A stretch of DNA of 64,000 bases, taken from positions 348,191 to 412,190 of the forward strand of contig MU004237.1 of the NCBI GenBank assembly GCA_010405405.1, written 5' to 3'. This DNA is from Microthyrium microscopicum. Its lineage: Eukaryota. Of the stretch, positions 12,540-25,072 are shown piece by piece (position 1 is the stretch's first letter; each line of letters starts with the position of its first letter). The translations under genes and the position numbers were made by a program. A model generated the notes under the pieces. The model did no database searches. It was not told where the DNA came from and worked only from the letters and a program-made list of their open reading frames with translations.

Positions 12540-13012
12540 TTGCCCGCAGACACCACCGTTGCTGAAAGCTATCCTTACTGGGATGGTATGCCGTTATGAT
12601 GAAATAGTACTCAAATCAGTCAACATAGAATGGATGGCTCCAGTGTGGTTCTTTGTTTCCATGTTTTCCATGAGAACTTGACATAGGACGCGGAGAGTTC
12701 AAGGGGTTTACATGACGGCTCTGACTCTCCTGGATGGAGAATAGTGGGGTCTATTGGAAACCAACGATACGATTTTCCAATTGACGAGGCTAAAAGTTTG
12801 GCAGAAGTGCTGCCTGTTTTTGAAAAAGATGTTATCCTGTATAATTAGTAGACTTTCATGCCGTATGGGCTTGTGGGCTGGTTAGTACGTTTCTGATACC
12901 ACTGGAATAGCTTGTTTGCTGGCTGATGTAGATTGAATGAATGTAATTCGATAATCAGATACCACCAATTCTTTATGGTAACTCTAATGGACGCTTCGCT
13001 AACTTGATCAAA

Positions 13013-13890
13013 TCACTCCAGCTGGTATTGTCTCCGACAGAAACGAACGTCAGTGAACGTAAGTTCAGTAGGCACTTTTTCCATTATCCAGAGATGAGAG
13101 GAATCGTTGACGATTACCGCACCCGTTAATGGAATACTCGCCATTCCAATACGAGTACCATGAGATCTATCAATGAGTAGAACCAGTACAATCACGGTTG
13201 CCCCAAATAAATCGCTCGTGTCAGCAGGATAGTCTTGGCGGTAGCTTAGAACTATGGCATCAACATTCAACGGGCGTTGTCCGGTGTCCTTGGTGAGACC
13301 GATGTCGAGAGGTGTACGACATATATCGATGATATTGCTACTCAGGCCAAGGCTACCTTTAAGCCGAATGTGGTCTTTGCCAATTGTCATCTCGATGGCT
13401 GGAGCAGTGATTTGAAGGGTAGTTGTCTTGGCTGATAAATCCAGCGGTGAACTTGACGACTCAAGCGTATCAAATGCCTTCCCTAGAAAATGATTTCCAG
13501 TGCTTATCTCGACCCCAGCATTCGCAGATTCCTCTTCTAAAGGTTCAGACCCAAATGTAGGGTATTTGCCGGCGAATGAAAGGTACGGGAAGATCAGTGT
13601 CTCCCATCCACACCAGCCAGCCCATGACCAGCTGGGAAAGCCTTCACGACGCACAATTGGCGACTCGCAAATGTCGAATGCCCATCCAAGGCCCATTGCG
13701 AGTGATCGAGAGGCAGGGAAGAATGTCTCACGTCTCTGTTACAAGGGAAACATATGTCTTGGTATGCTCAGCATCGGGAACAATGGGACACCCCAGAATT
13801 GGCGTATGGGAGGAGAGGTCTGTTCAAAAACTCTGGAGTTTTTTTTGAAGTGGTTGTGTACGATAATGTACCTGTTACGTATCGCCATAA
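13013..13890 (-). pseudogene. C-terminal remnant of a HET-domain-type protein
   Basis: QFWGVP...GLGW...RREGFPSWSWAGW is typical of the region downstream of the HET domain. An in-frame TAA lies at 13739-13741 between FWGVP and GLGW, and no HET core or start region is visible. Confidence 0.65.
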
Positions 13891-13892
13891 TT

Positions 13893-15089
13893 TCAGTCCA
13901 CGGCTGATGCACCATTATCCAAAAGAAAATTGACTAGCTGAGAATTACTTTCCCTGGTAGCAATTTGTAACGGCGTATCGCCCTTAGCGTCTCGTGGGAG
14001 CGATTTGCAAAACTCATGAATAGAGCAATGTTTAGTTGAATCGAATTCTGGTGATTCCTTGTTGCCTTCAACAAGGAATCTAAAAAGATCTGGACTCTCG
14101 CTCCGAGCCGCGAGATGGAATATTGTGTCATTATTGTCCTCTTGAAAATTGTCTCCCTGAAGATTTACTCCTGTCGCATACCGAAGGAGAAGAATGACGG
14201 CTTCCCGATTACCAGCTTCGGTTGCTAGTTGTAACGGTGTACGATCTCGCTGCCAGCCTGCTCGACCAGGTAGTCTCGGGTTTACTCCAGGCAATTGTAA
14301 GGCTAGCTCCAGAGCCTTATGACCCACAGCAAAAAATGCTAGCCTATGTAAATGGTTGTTGTTATAGAGCGTGATAGCAGCTCCAGTATCAATCAGTATC
14401 TTCAGCACACCAGCAAGATCTTCGTCCTCGTCTTCAGACAGTGCTTCATACCCTTTAACCTCATTACCTCTAGAATCATAGGTCAGGAAGTGCCGCCAGG
14501 CGTACATCACAGACTCTTGAGTAACTCCCGCGGTGACAAGTGCTTTCACAACCGACGCGCGATATCGGTAAAGTGTCCAGTTTGATGTTACGACCATAAG
14601 GGCGTCACTACGATCCTTTTCATCAAATATCTCGCCGAGGGATAGAAGCATGACCACGATGTTGGTCAGACACTTCTTCGAAGCACTCTTGAGAACTCGA
14701 CTATCGGCTTTGTTTGCTTTGGGGTCCGCCCCAGCTTTCAACAAAATTTTAACCATTTCAGTCGCAGCAACCTCTATTACTGTCGGTCGCAGAGGGTAAT
14801 CTTTAGTACCCAGTTCAATTGCGAGCTCTAGAGGTGTTTGCTGATTCGAAGTGATGTCAGAACTGTTAAGCCTGGCTCCATGCTCAATAAGCAATTCCAG
14901 TGACGGGATGGCATTTGGATTTACTTTGTCGCGCCTTAGTCGAGAGTATTGTATCGTGGCGCAGACTGCCTGCATGGAGAATTCCGAGTCTTTGAAATGT
15001 AGTTGGTTCTTAAGCTGAATCGTCAATTGATTGATGTCACATTTTGCTGCTGCATTCAATAAGCTCTTCTCTGGTTCATTCAACGACAT
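13893..15089 (-). CDS. Ankyrin-repeat protein (possibly the 5' part of a broken ANK-HET gene)
   Basis: Repeated TPLELA, TPLQLA, TIFHLAA and TPLQIA motifs with LLxxGA. The ORF stops right after an ankyrin repeat (LLDNGASAVD*). Confidence 0.8.
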   Translation of the reverse strand: MSLNEPEKSLLNAAAKCDINQLTIQLKNQLHFKDSEFSMQAVCATIQYSRLRRDKVNPNAIPSLELLIEHGARLNSSDITSNQQTPLELAIELGTKDYPLRPTVIEVAATEMVKILLKAGADPKANKADSRVLKSASKKCLTNIVVMLLSLGEIFDEKDRSDALMVVTSNWTLYRYRASVVKALVTAGVTQESVMYAWRHFLTYDSRGNEVKGYEALSEDEDEDLAGVLKILIDTGAAITLYNNNHLHRLAFFAVGHKALELALQLPGVNPRLPGRAGWQRDRTPLQLATEAGNREAVILLLRYATGVNLQGDNFQEDNNDTIFHLAARSESPDLFRFLVEGNKESPEFDSTKHCSIHEFCKSLPRDAKGDTPLQIATRESNSQLVNFLLDNGASAVD

Positions 15090-15634
15090 TGTGACATTGC
15101 CAAGTCTCACAAAGAGGAGAGTGTAGGAAAGGTTCTGGTGATTTATGACGTGCGAGTTATGTCTCCAGCATACGGTGACATTTGGCGACACTAATGTTGC
15201 ACGAATTGCGTCCACAGGAGTTGCAAGGATCCCAATCAGCATGAAATGAGACTACCTACATTGATTATCGCTACCTAATTTGCTAGGTATATACCTAGAT
15301 ATTAAGGCTAGAGCTGAGCCCCGTGCTGCCTGTAGAATGATTCCAGACCAGGTATCACCAGGTTCCACAACAATTTTATAATGGCTGTAAGCAATATGTG
15401 AGTCCCACTTTCAAATTTCGATCGCAGACAGATATTGAACCAAGTGAAGGATTTGCTGTGACGAGTACATTTGCTGAAATATTAGCGTCAACAGAGATCT
15501 TCCGGCATGTATCTTTTGTACGAGCTGTGTAAAATCTACCACATTGAAGAATGCCATTTTCGGCCTAGATTTTTATACATCGGGCTATGAACCTCATAGA
15601 GTGAAGGAACAACAATCCGAAATAAGGCGTTCAC

Positions 15635-16576
15635 TGTTAGGCTAACTCCTAGATAGACGTATTCCCCCTTTTCCCGTTTCTCTTCCTTTCTCTTTCTTTC
15701 TCTAGTTTAGAATTGATATAATTTCTACAGATAAAGCTACATCTTCATACGTAGTAAAGTCTTGGACCGTGACAGAATTACAAATTCACTTCTTGTCCCG
15801 ATCAGACGTTAAATGATCACGAGCGGGAAACGAAACCTGTTTGACAAATACCGAACGATTCTAAGACCTCGTCAGAACGAAAGCAACGATCCAAGTCCTC
15901 TAGATAGTAGGCAACGAAACTAGGACCCTCCGAGATTAGAACAAGTCGTTAAGGGAACAAAAATGGCTCCTAAGACACGAAGCATTGCTACTGATACTGC
16001 TAGATCCTTAAAAGAACTAAGACGATCAATAGAAACCGAAGATACTGATGACGAAGGCTACGATTAAGAAACGGAACGAGCGATGGAACGTGAAGTTTAG
16101 AAATGAGTCGTAATGGCGACTGATTAGTTTTTGGAAGGACGGGACTAACGAAACGAAGATTTGAGAGCCTAGATTGAAAGCCTTAGAAACCAAATTCGGG
16201 GAAGCACTATACCGAGAGAGAACATAATGAAACTTAAAGTAAAAATGATAGACATTCTCTAATTAGAAAGAGGTTGATGGAATGTCCTTTGAAGTATGGT
16301 ACACTAGTGTCTAAGATTTTATTTAAGAAAACCATGAGTACCTCCTAATAGACGCTTCTAAGCTGTTATTTGTGAAAAAGTTGACTAAGGGAGAGGTCGC
16401 GGAGAACCTTTAACCCTACCTATATAACAGTTACGCCGACTAGATTACCGCCTATGATAAACTGATGAAATACTTATGGGATAACTACCACAATCCCTTA
16501 GCAGAGCAACAAGCAAGACTGGCCTTTAAGACCTTGAAGTTGAAACCTGGAGACAATTTCATGACCTTTGAGAATA
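15635..16576 (+). mobile_element. RIP-degenerate LTR retrotransposon fragment (5' LTR plus gag), probably Ty3/Gypsy
   Basis: Candidate LTR TGTTAGG...CGTGACA at 15635-15774. A gag-like frame from ATG 15963 (MAPKTRS...; FEVWYT; LMKYLWDNYHNPLAEQQARLAF-DLKLKPGDNF) is broken by TAA/TAG stops at expected CAA/CAG positions. No second LTR is seen in the window. Confidence 0.7.
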
Positions 16577-17357
16577 GGGCATTGTTAGCCAGCGCCAGGA
16601 TTTTCGTTAACCAGCGCCATAATATTCGTTAACCGGCGCCAAAGCTATACTGGATTCGTAACATCGTGGAGCTCTAGGCTGTAAGTAGTATAGTGGCCCA
16701 CCCTAGCCCTATTGTCTAGCCCAATATAGTAATGATTTCACAAAACCAATTCACTAGCGTTAAACTGCTGCGGAAGCAGTAGCTTTAGCTTTAGCAGCTA
16801 CTCTAGCTTCAATTCCTGCACCCGTAGTGACTACCACCAAGATTACTTCGCAATCTGGTGTCACCAATACTTCAACTACTACAACACCAGTTCCTCCTCA
16901 AAAGAAGCGAGGAAGACCTGTTGGTTCCAAGAACAAGGCACGATCAGAGCCAAAAGGTGTGAAGAAGCCACAGAAACAACCTCCCTTCAGACCCGCAGGT
17001 CGGAGAACATAAACACACCAAAAACGGGGTCGAGATAGGACAAGGAATGGCTGCGGGAGGGCACAAAAACGGTAATGGGATGCGGAAGAGATAGATCTCT
17101 TCAGACGCGTATTTTGGGCGTAAAATCGCTGTCGTAGGAGTTGATCTACTGAACTGGTCCCGTAGGCTTTGTCCGTAGTAAAAGCTTTGATATTTTGCAC
17201 TTCTTTTGAACCTACTTTTTGGCCAGTAGACAAACACCAAGATTTCTATATTCATTTCCTAATTAGGCATAGCCTAGAGCGCCATATATTCCTGGCGCCG
17301 GTTAACGAATATTCTGGCGCTGGTTAATAAATTTGCTGGCGCCGGCTAACAATGCCC
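16577..17357. mobile_element. Non-autonomous Mutator-like (MULE) DNA transposon, 781 bp
   Basis: ~65-bp imperfect TIRs beginning GGGCATTGTTAGCC (16577-16641 and 17293-17357), built from three TTARCCRGCGCCA subrepeats. Perfect 9-bp TSD TTGAGAATA at 16568-16576 and 17358-17366. Internal AT-hook-coding remnant KKRGRPVGSKNK. Confidence 0.9.
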
Positions 17358-18073
17358 TTGAGAATACTTTCTTCATAAGGTATGGCCAGAACAGAGCATA
17401 TGCAGCTTGAATGCTCAACACTATAAACTCTGGGTTCTATGCATTGAATTAGAGCAGCCAGCATAGCCGGTACCGCCATACGGCGCTCGTTGGTAGTCGA
17501 ATGGAGATTACATGCGCTTGCATAGGGCGATGTCCGCGGACATACGTCCTCTCCTGAAATGATCTGTTAGGAAGTGTTTTCGATTCGGATTCACAAACCA
17601 GGTATTGAAAAATCTCGGAACACCCAGATCGATCGAAATATTCGACCTCTCCTTTGCATATAACAAAGCGTGCTAGTCTGAACACTCTACGCGGCACTTA
17701 AAGTACTCGATACTAAAGCGTACCGTGTGGGGCCGTCAAGTTAGATGGGGAGACGCCAGGTTTATGTATATCGGTTGGTTACCATCGTGTGCGCAAGTCA
17801 TAAAGTGCGCAACGACGGTACAAATATCTCACTACTGATAGCAGGTAACCCGAATTTTGGAAGATTACAGGCCACGTCGCCGATAGAACAAATATTGACA
17901 TTAATACCCAGCAAACGTCTGCCAAATCACTGGTACAGAGGAAGATACCCATCTATATGAACAGTCAGATTACTACAACGATACAAGACCTCCCAAGTCC
18001 ATCAAACGATACTTTTACAAGGTAACAAGGACACAAATTACCTTCTAAAAGAAAATTACCTTTCTACCACATC

Positions 18074-19186
18074 ATGGCTTCTTCGCTTGAGGTGCGGCTT
18101 TGTGTCAACAATCTATTAGAAGAAACCGAAAAAATGATCAGAGTCTCAACGGGACAGCCGGCAATCCTGATAGCGAGATCAGAATGTTCATCGGCATTTT
18201 CTGGGTACCTCAACATGCTACCAGCAGAGCTCGTCGACATGATACTAGAGAGAGTGGATATTGAGTCACTCATGAAGTTTACCGCTTCCTGTCGTGCAGG
18301 AAGAGAAGCAGTTCATTCTCTGACAACGTTTCGAGAGGTCTATGAGTACGCGTTTCCCACTTTGGTCGCTTTGAGACAGACGCGGCTCTGGCTCTACCAT
18401 TCTATTTCAACAGTCAATCTCGCCCTTCGATCAAGTAGCTGTGTTTCCTGCGGCAACTATGGGCCATACCTGTTCCTCCCGACAATCGAGCGGTGCTGTG
18501 GTTACTGCCTTCGTGAAAATACAACGCTCTGGCTTCTGTCGGACTGCGAGGCAGCGGCCATCTTCGATCCTTCCAATGAAAGCTTGGCTAACTATCAAAT
18601 CTTTTACGCGACCAAGGGGCGCTGTTCATTTGATATGGAGCTTGTCAGTGTCAAGACTGTCAAGAAACTAGCGCTCAAAGACCACGGCTCGGAAGCAGCG
18701 CTGCATAATATCGACCTAGAACCATTTTTTCCATTCATTGATCAAAAGCTGGCGCTTGTATTGAGAACCACGCCGCTCGAGTCCCATGGATACAGATATT
18801 CGAGGCTACATGAGGACATAGACCCAGTCCAAGATCAATACGCCGGTATGGGCTCGATTGAATTTCCAACATTTATCAGACGAGAGCAACGAATCGAAAC
18901 TATCTACTGGTGTAACAGCTGCCAAAGAACTGCACTCATTCTTGCACCCTACAAGAAAACCCTTGAGCGCTTTGACTGGCCAGCCGCGGGTCCTGATGCA
19001 GGCCTTCTCGACCGTATGGCCAGGCAGGCTAGGACTCGAGACGACGCTCTGGCTCATCACGAAGTTTGTCCAGTGGTTGATTATGCAAATACTGACTTTG
19101 AAGCCATCAAAGATCACGCAGATAAGATAGATGTGACGCGAGAATTCTTACGCATATTGGCACGGTTTTTGCGGTCAGTAGCATGA
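18074..19186 (+). CDS. F-box domain protein with Cys-rich region (370 aa)
   Basis: LNMLPAELVDMILERVDIESLMKFTASCR F-box, followed by CVSCGNYGPYLFLPTIERCCGYCL, characteristic of a widespread fungal F-box family. Single intact ORF. Confidence 0.85.
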   Translation: MASSLEVRLCVNNLLEETEKMIRVSTGQPAILIARSECSSAFSGYLNMLPAELVDMILERVDIESLMKFTASCRAGREAVHSLTTFREVYEYAFPTLVALRQTRLWLYHSISTVNLALRSSSCVSCGNYGPYLFLPTIERCCGYCLRENTTLWLLSDCEAAAIFDPSNESLANYQIFYATKGRCSFDMELVSVKTVKKLALKDHGSEAALHNIDLEPFFPFIDQKLALVLRTTPLESHGYRYSRLHEDIDPVQDQYAGMGSIEFPTFIRREQRIETIYWCNSCQRTALILAPYKKTLERFDWPAAGPDAGLLDRMARQARTRDDALAHHEVCPVVDYANTDFEAIKDHADKIDVTREFLRILARFLRSVA

Positions 19187-19348
19187 GTGGAGTGGAATAA
19201 ATGTTAGTCAATCGGAATTCACATGAGCGACAGATTTCAATACAAGGTTTTTATTGCTGATTACTTCCTCCACCACCATTTCCTGCGACTCAAATAACAA
19301 CACTTAAAATAGACGAAGCTCTTTTCGCCAGTTGCCGCAAGAAATATC

Positions 19349-19967
19349 TTAGTGACTGCCAACGCTAGCTTTCTTTGCAACCAGGGTCAAATCTGCCATG
19401 TCGCAGTCTGTGGTCGTAGTCCTGTAGTCCGGACCACCTACACCCTTATAATCTGGGTTGATACTGACATGGGTCTTGCACTTGAGGCTGCCACTTCCAG
19501 CAGATAGGTAGCTGTCAGTCGGAGCGCTAGTCGCAATTAGCAAGAAAACAAAAGTCTCTCAGGCTCCCAGCCTAAACATACCCAGTTTTGACGTCGTGCA
19601 GCGTCTCATTGAAAGTAAAGGCACCCGAAGAAACAAATGTGAAGCTAAGTTCCTGGGTGTTTGGGCCCGGTAGTTTGCACTTGTATGGAATCTCTCTGGT
19701 GAAGAACGTGGCCGAGATGCTGCTCTCGCTCTGAGTTGCTTCGCAGTATGTATTGATAGGAGCAGAATGGCTTTTATTGGTAGCAGGGAAGCTGTCCTGA
19801 AACTTGAAATGAATACGGGCAGTATGGAAACGAGCGACGTTGGGAGTCATCTCTGTCAAGGATCGGTTGAAAATGATGTTCGTAAGTTTATGCTCGACTG
19901 TTTCCTGCTGTCCATGGACAAGTCCCGAAGCGGAGAGGAGCAGAGCGATGCTGGATGAGGTCTTCAT
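19349..19967 (-). CDS. Small secreted protein, Alt a 1 (AA1)-like candidate effector (~187 aa)
   Basis: Signal peptide MKTSSSIALLLSASGLVHG. A 55-bp intron 19527-19581 (GTATGT...GCTAAT...TAG) joins KTG|APTDSY in frame. Four Cys in beta-rich context (TYCE, YKCK...SFTF, LKCK, TDCD) fit the AA1-like spacing. Confidence 0.7.
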
Positions 19968-22900
19968 TTTGAAAGTGGTTGGAATATAATGGATAGATTG
20001 GATTATTGTTGATGTTCTGGTTGTAGAAATGATTAGAAGTGATTGTTGTTGAATGATTATTATATTCTGAATGATATCTGCTGTCCTTATATGCTTACCT
20101 ACATCTTTGTTATTCGCAAGTGCATAGATTTACGTCGATTGAAGTCCTGATGGTACCTGATCGACCGTCGCCAGGGGTAGCGTCCTGATCCTGATAATAT
20201 ATAGATTTCCGATCCCGCTATAGATCGGGTAATCACTGACTTCAAATAGACCTTAATCATTTCCTATGTTACCAAGTTAGCATATGCTCGGCTGTGCAAC
20301 CTACTCTGACCACTACAGGATCAACCACTACAGGATCAATCACACATAGCGATACTTCCCTCCATTTCCTGTCTCTTGGGTATAGTGCTAAAATAAACAC
20401 ATGTAATGCCATATTAGCGGCATCACTGCAACACGCAGCAGGCAGGGCAACTTCCTACGGACCATAGAAGCATCGTCGATGAATTTGATGTTAGCATCTC
20501 CTTTCACTCTAGGCTAAAATTGTTAGCTTTGATCCTGTGGGATCATACCCTATAGAAAAGTCGTCATTTATAGAAAGTAAGAAATAAGATAGCCATGTAT
20601 GTTGGGTCTTGTAGGGCAAATCGGCTAGATGTTGACCATTTAAATGGATCTTGATTTTGGTATAGGTAACACTATTATTACCGTCTCGGTGACTATACAG
20701 CGATATGTAAGATGGATGAGCTCTCATCAAATTCTACAACTTCAGTTCATCACATCATTTCCAGTGATTCCATTGTTTATTTTGAGAAAGACACTTTACC
20801 ATATTTTGGGGGTTGAATTCAACCGATTCATTTGGCTGGTCTTCAATAACAGCCAGTAGAGTCCAGTCCTGGAATATGCACAGTCACATTATGTTTGCCA
20901 TACTACGATCAAGAATAAAGATTGTGAGAGTCGGTAACCACCCAAAGGCTGTCAGTCAGCATCAAGTGGTATAAGAGGCTGAAATGCCTCAAGCGTCAGC
21001 CTGATATCGACCGAGTTCTACACTGATATCTGAGAGTATGCACAAGCGCTGTTTGTGAAGCCGAATAGGCAATTTTTCTCGAGATCAGAGACTGCAACAA
21101 AGGAGGTGTACTATGAAGTAGATGATGGTGCTCATGAAGCGGTGCTGGAAGCCCACTCAATCGACAGTTCGCCATTTGCAATAAACTACACTGATGAGTT
21201 GACTTCGAAAATTATTGTTAGTGAACACAACCTCGATAAACAGGCATAAAGCACCTATATTCAGTCAGATAAAGGATACATGCATGGAAAGCTTCATAGG
21301 AGTGCCCTTTCCACTTATCTGGCACTATTGTACTAGAATCAGAGACACATTCTTACAACCCATAATTGTAGACTAGGATATCTATCTGTAGCAACTACGA
21401 ATGCTGGGTTAGCAGTTGCATTGCCGCAAAGGACGTCACGGTCTTGATAGTGATGTAAAACCTAGGGGCAGTAGAAACTCTCACTGGGGTTGCGAGACGA
21501 CTTCTATAGTGACCTTGTATGGCAGAGATTTGGAGAAGTCACCAGTTGATGATGGTATTTCTAGATCCTCACATGACTGCTCAACGGATGGATCCTAGAC
21601 TATCTTGAACAGACGCTGTGGGCGTAAATGCTATTGATGAACACATCAGAAAGAACGCTAGAAGTTCAATCATGAACGATCTTCTACTCGGGCCAGCCAG
21701 GGGTGAGAAAATGGTGATTTGCACCCGCTTGTAACGGCAAGGAACTGTTTTGGAGTACTCTGGCCATACTCTACTTCTAAAAATGCGCCTGGCGGGAGAA
21801 GGTCAAGGACACGACCTTGCTACTGGGCTGCACGCTACTTCTAGACTTCGTCCGGTGTTTCCTTCCTTGTTGGAAATAACCTTTACTTCTACAAGTTCAA
21901 GAAGATGACTGTCGTAGTTGGGATTTCCGTCGGATATCAGATGTTTTGGCTATGATCCATAAACGCTCATTAGATCTGTCCAAGTACAGAGTGACACCTT
22001 GGAGGGTAATTGAAAATCAAAAGACTTGTGCAGTGAAATCATAAACGACAGCCGCTCCTCAGTCTGATCAGCGCTGATGCAGTTCTTGCCAGTCTTTGGT
22101 GTGTCCATACTGCCCCATCGAGACAGCCAGACATTGACCTTCCTGGCAGAAAGATTAGACTTCCCATATACTTGTACAGCTCATGCTTTGCTCGTATTTC
22201 TAAAGATGCTGCTACTTATCAAACAAAATTGAAGTGGCAGTAGTCGACGTATGGCTACTTGAGCTATCTGTCGGATACGTTCATTCTTTCATCCTCCATC
22301 TTCTTTCATTCTCGTTTTCGTTCTCATCATCTTTCATCCATCTCAATTCAGTCTCATCATTCCTATTCCATCATTGTCAAAGTCGTCTGCTTCATCGGCT
22401 TGTTCATGCTCCTTCACTTGTCAACGTTTTCGTCGCGCGCGTCCTCATACCTCGCCTATCCATGCCTTGACTCGCTCGGCTCTGTACGTCTATCGTTTCA
22501 TCAGCCTCCCAGATTTCTCATCGTATCTTGTTCTTGTCTGGGAGTGGCATTGGCATTTCAGACTCCAGGCGTCATGCTCGGCACATCATGTGTGCTTATC
22601 TTCTCCTTCCACCATTTCACTTGTTCAGGTGCTGACGCTCCACATCTTCGCAGTTTTCGGTCACGGCCACGTCCAATATCAGTCGTTCCACGATCTCTAT
22701 TGCGAGTTTTGTTTGATAAACCATAGCCGTGAAGTTGAGAAACGAAGGTGTACTCAGGTAAGCATTGCCTTACTCCACATTTGCATGACGAAACTTTACA
22801 AAACATATTGGAGGGTGGCCCCGATGAACATTGTTTACGACTTTTCTGAAGAATGTGCTTAGTTCCCAGTCTTGTATTCCCCCAGTCATGTATATCCCCT

Positions 22901-25072
22901 TTTTGTATTCCCCCTATTCGCAGGCAGGCTCTTTCTCGCTTTCAGCCCCATCTTACCAGCCTCGCCAGCTGACAAATGGAAACGACCTCTTAGATTTGCA
23001 GCCGGACACTCGAATGCTTCATCCCGCGGCTATTTCGATGAGTAGCGGAGGACACAAGCCGCACAACCAAAGTACTGTAGGTACAAAGGTCTTCTCTGTG
23101 ATATGGTTAGGTGTGGTGCAAGACCGTGCAACGCATGACGGCCACACGGTCAATACAGCTGAGGTGCGTATGGTCTCTGGTATACCTCAAATGCGGTTAG
23201 CTTATGCAACGATAGTGCTTCAGTGATGGATTGCGATACTGCGACGTTGTTCGTGCTCTGTAGCTCTCCTATAGGTATGCCGTACAATAGCAAGAAGAAT
23301 GTAAAATGTGTGTTTTCAAAGCCCTCCAAGTACAGCATTCAGATCTCTATGATACCCTGAAGAAATGAAGGCGCGTGTCAATGGTAAGCCGCTGACAACA
23401 CCGCGCAAGGCAATTAATTTGTTGGTGAATCAGGGGAGGCTGCAGTTTAGCATCGCTGCACCGAGCTACTAATCGTGTACTATAGGGGGCTAGTGCGTAC
23501 TAGTGCATGATGACATAATCACCATCACTTAAATACTGGACGCATACGGCCAAACCTCCATCTTTCTTCTTCCTCCCACGGAAATGTCGTAATAATATGT
23601 TTTGTAAAGTCGTGTATCCAGTGTCCACTAGGCCAGTGATGAAATCCACGTCCATTTGGACATCTTCTTCCTCCTTCAATGAAAAACTATAGCTCTCGTT
23701 ATGCGAAGCAAGCTATAGATTTGAGAAGGAGCGAACAAAAACTGAAGCACAACAATTCTGAGGCCTTTCCTTCCCACTGTTCCTGTCGTTTTATTGCATC
23801 TTTTATTCTATTCTTCGTCTTATCAGTTTGCGCTTCGCGGAATCGCGGCAGAGTCGCCGCCTGAGCGACGCTGTAGAGGCAGCGGCAAGCCATGCTACCA
23901 TCATGTATTTAGATCATGTACACCATCCCACACCAAGCAGTGTGCTACCGTTTTTTACAGTCCTGCACAACACTACTAGCGCGCTTTTTTTTGGGTAAAG
24001 GTTTTTGGCAAAGGATAGATAGTAAGCCGCTCCTCAAGTCAGAGTTTCCTTGCAAAAAAAAGGACGATAGATATCTTGATGATGAGGTGTTTGACAGGAC
24101 AAAAACAATAATAACTTAGCGAGTTCCAGGATGAGATTCATCTTGCAAATGAGCAAAAAATAAAATGACCAAGACCCGAATCGAACGGATAATCTTCTGG
24201 ATGTTCCAACGCTGGAATCAGACGCCTTACCATTTGCTGAAAATGGTTAGCTTGTGTATCAAAAGTAGAGCAATTTTGACTTACGCCACTCGGCCTGTTT
24301 TCACAGAATTTCAAATAAGAATTGCTCAGAAACCAAATATATATATATAGCCCAAAGTCCATTTGTGTCCAACGACTGTTCATCTAATAAACTCAAATCA
24401 TGATGCCATTGTTACTGGATGTTCAATCTATTGCCTCTCTCTATTGGGATCAATTATATAAAGATCTATGTATTTGAGCCTCCTCTAGGTCTTACCTAAG
24501 GTGTAGGCATGTCGATCATTGTTTCCATTATTATACGCTTTAAATCAGTCTTAAACTCTTTCTACAGCAATAATGCCGTACTTAATTGGCAGCCATTACT
24601 CATCCTTAGATAGAAATGTCATATTCTCTATCGTTGCAACGAACTAGCAAAATAAATGGTGTGCTCCCATGGAGTGTGATGACTCCCACCAGCGTTGCTA
24701 AATCCCAGCGCATTCGATGGAGAATGGAAAGCGTTTCCCTCTCAATGGGAAGTAAAGCAAGTTAGTCATGGAACATAGTAAATGGTAGAAGTCGCACTTT
24801 ACGGGAGCGAATCATTTGTTTTGTTGGCTCGTTGCATTGGTTGAACTGGCCCTGCCTTGACATATCTTATGAGGTGTACGTAAAAATATCTTCTTACTAT
24901 TGTATATAACCTAGAATCACTCATTTGTATGTTCAGTAAATGTAATTAGAGATTCATCATAGACCTGTTTTATTAGATGGCTGTCAGATCAACTCGTTGA
25001 CCAGCATTTAAGAAAAGTCCCAGGTAGAATAGAAACCAATATTCCAAGCTTCGATAAGGTAGACACTGCTCC

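Noticed and set aside
16577..16641. Short regularly spaced repeats resembling a CRISPR or iteron array
   Set aside because: They are subrepeats of a transposon TIR mirrored at 17293-17357, and the DNA is eukaryotic.
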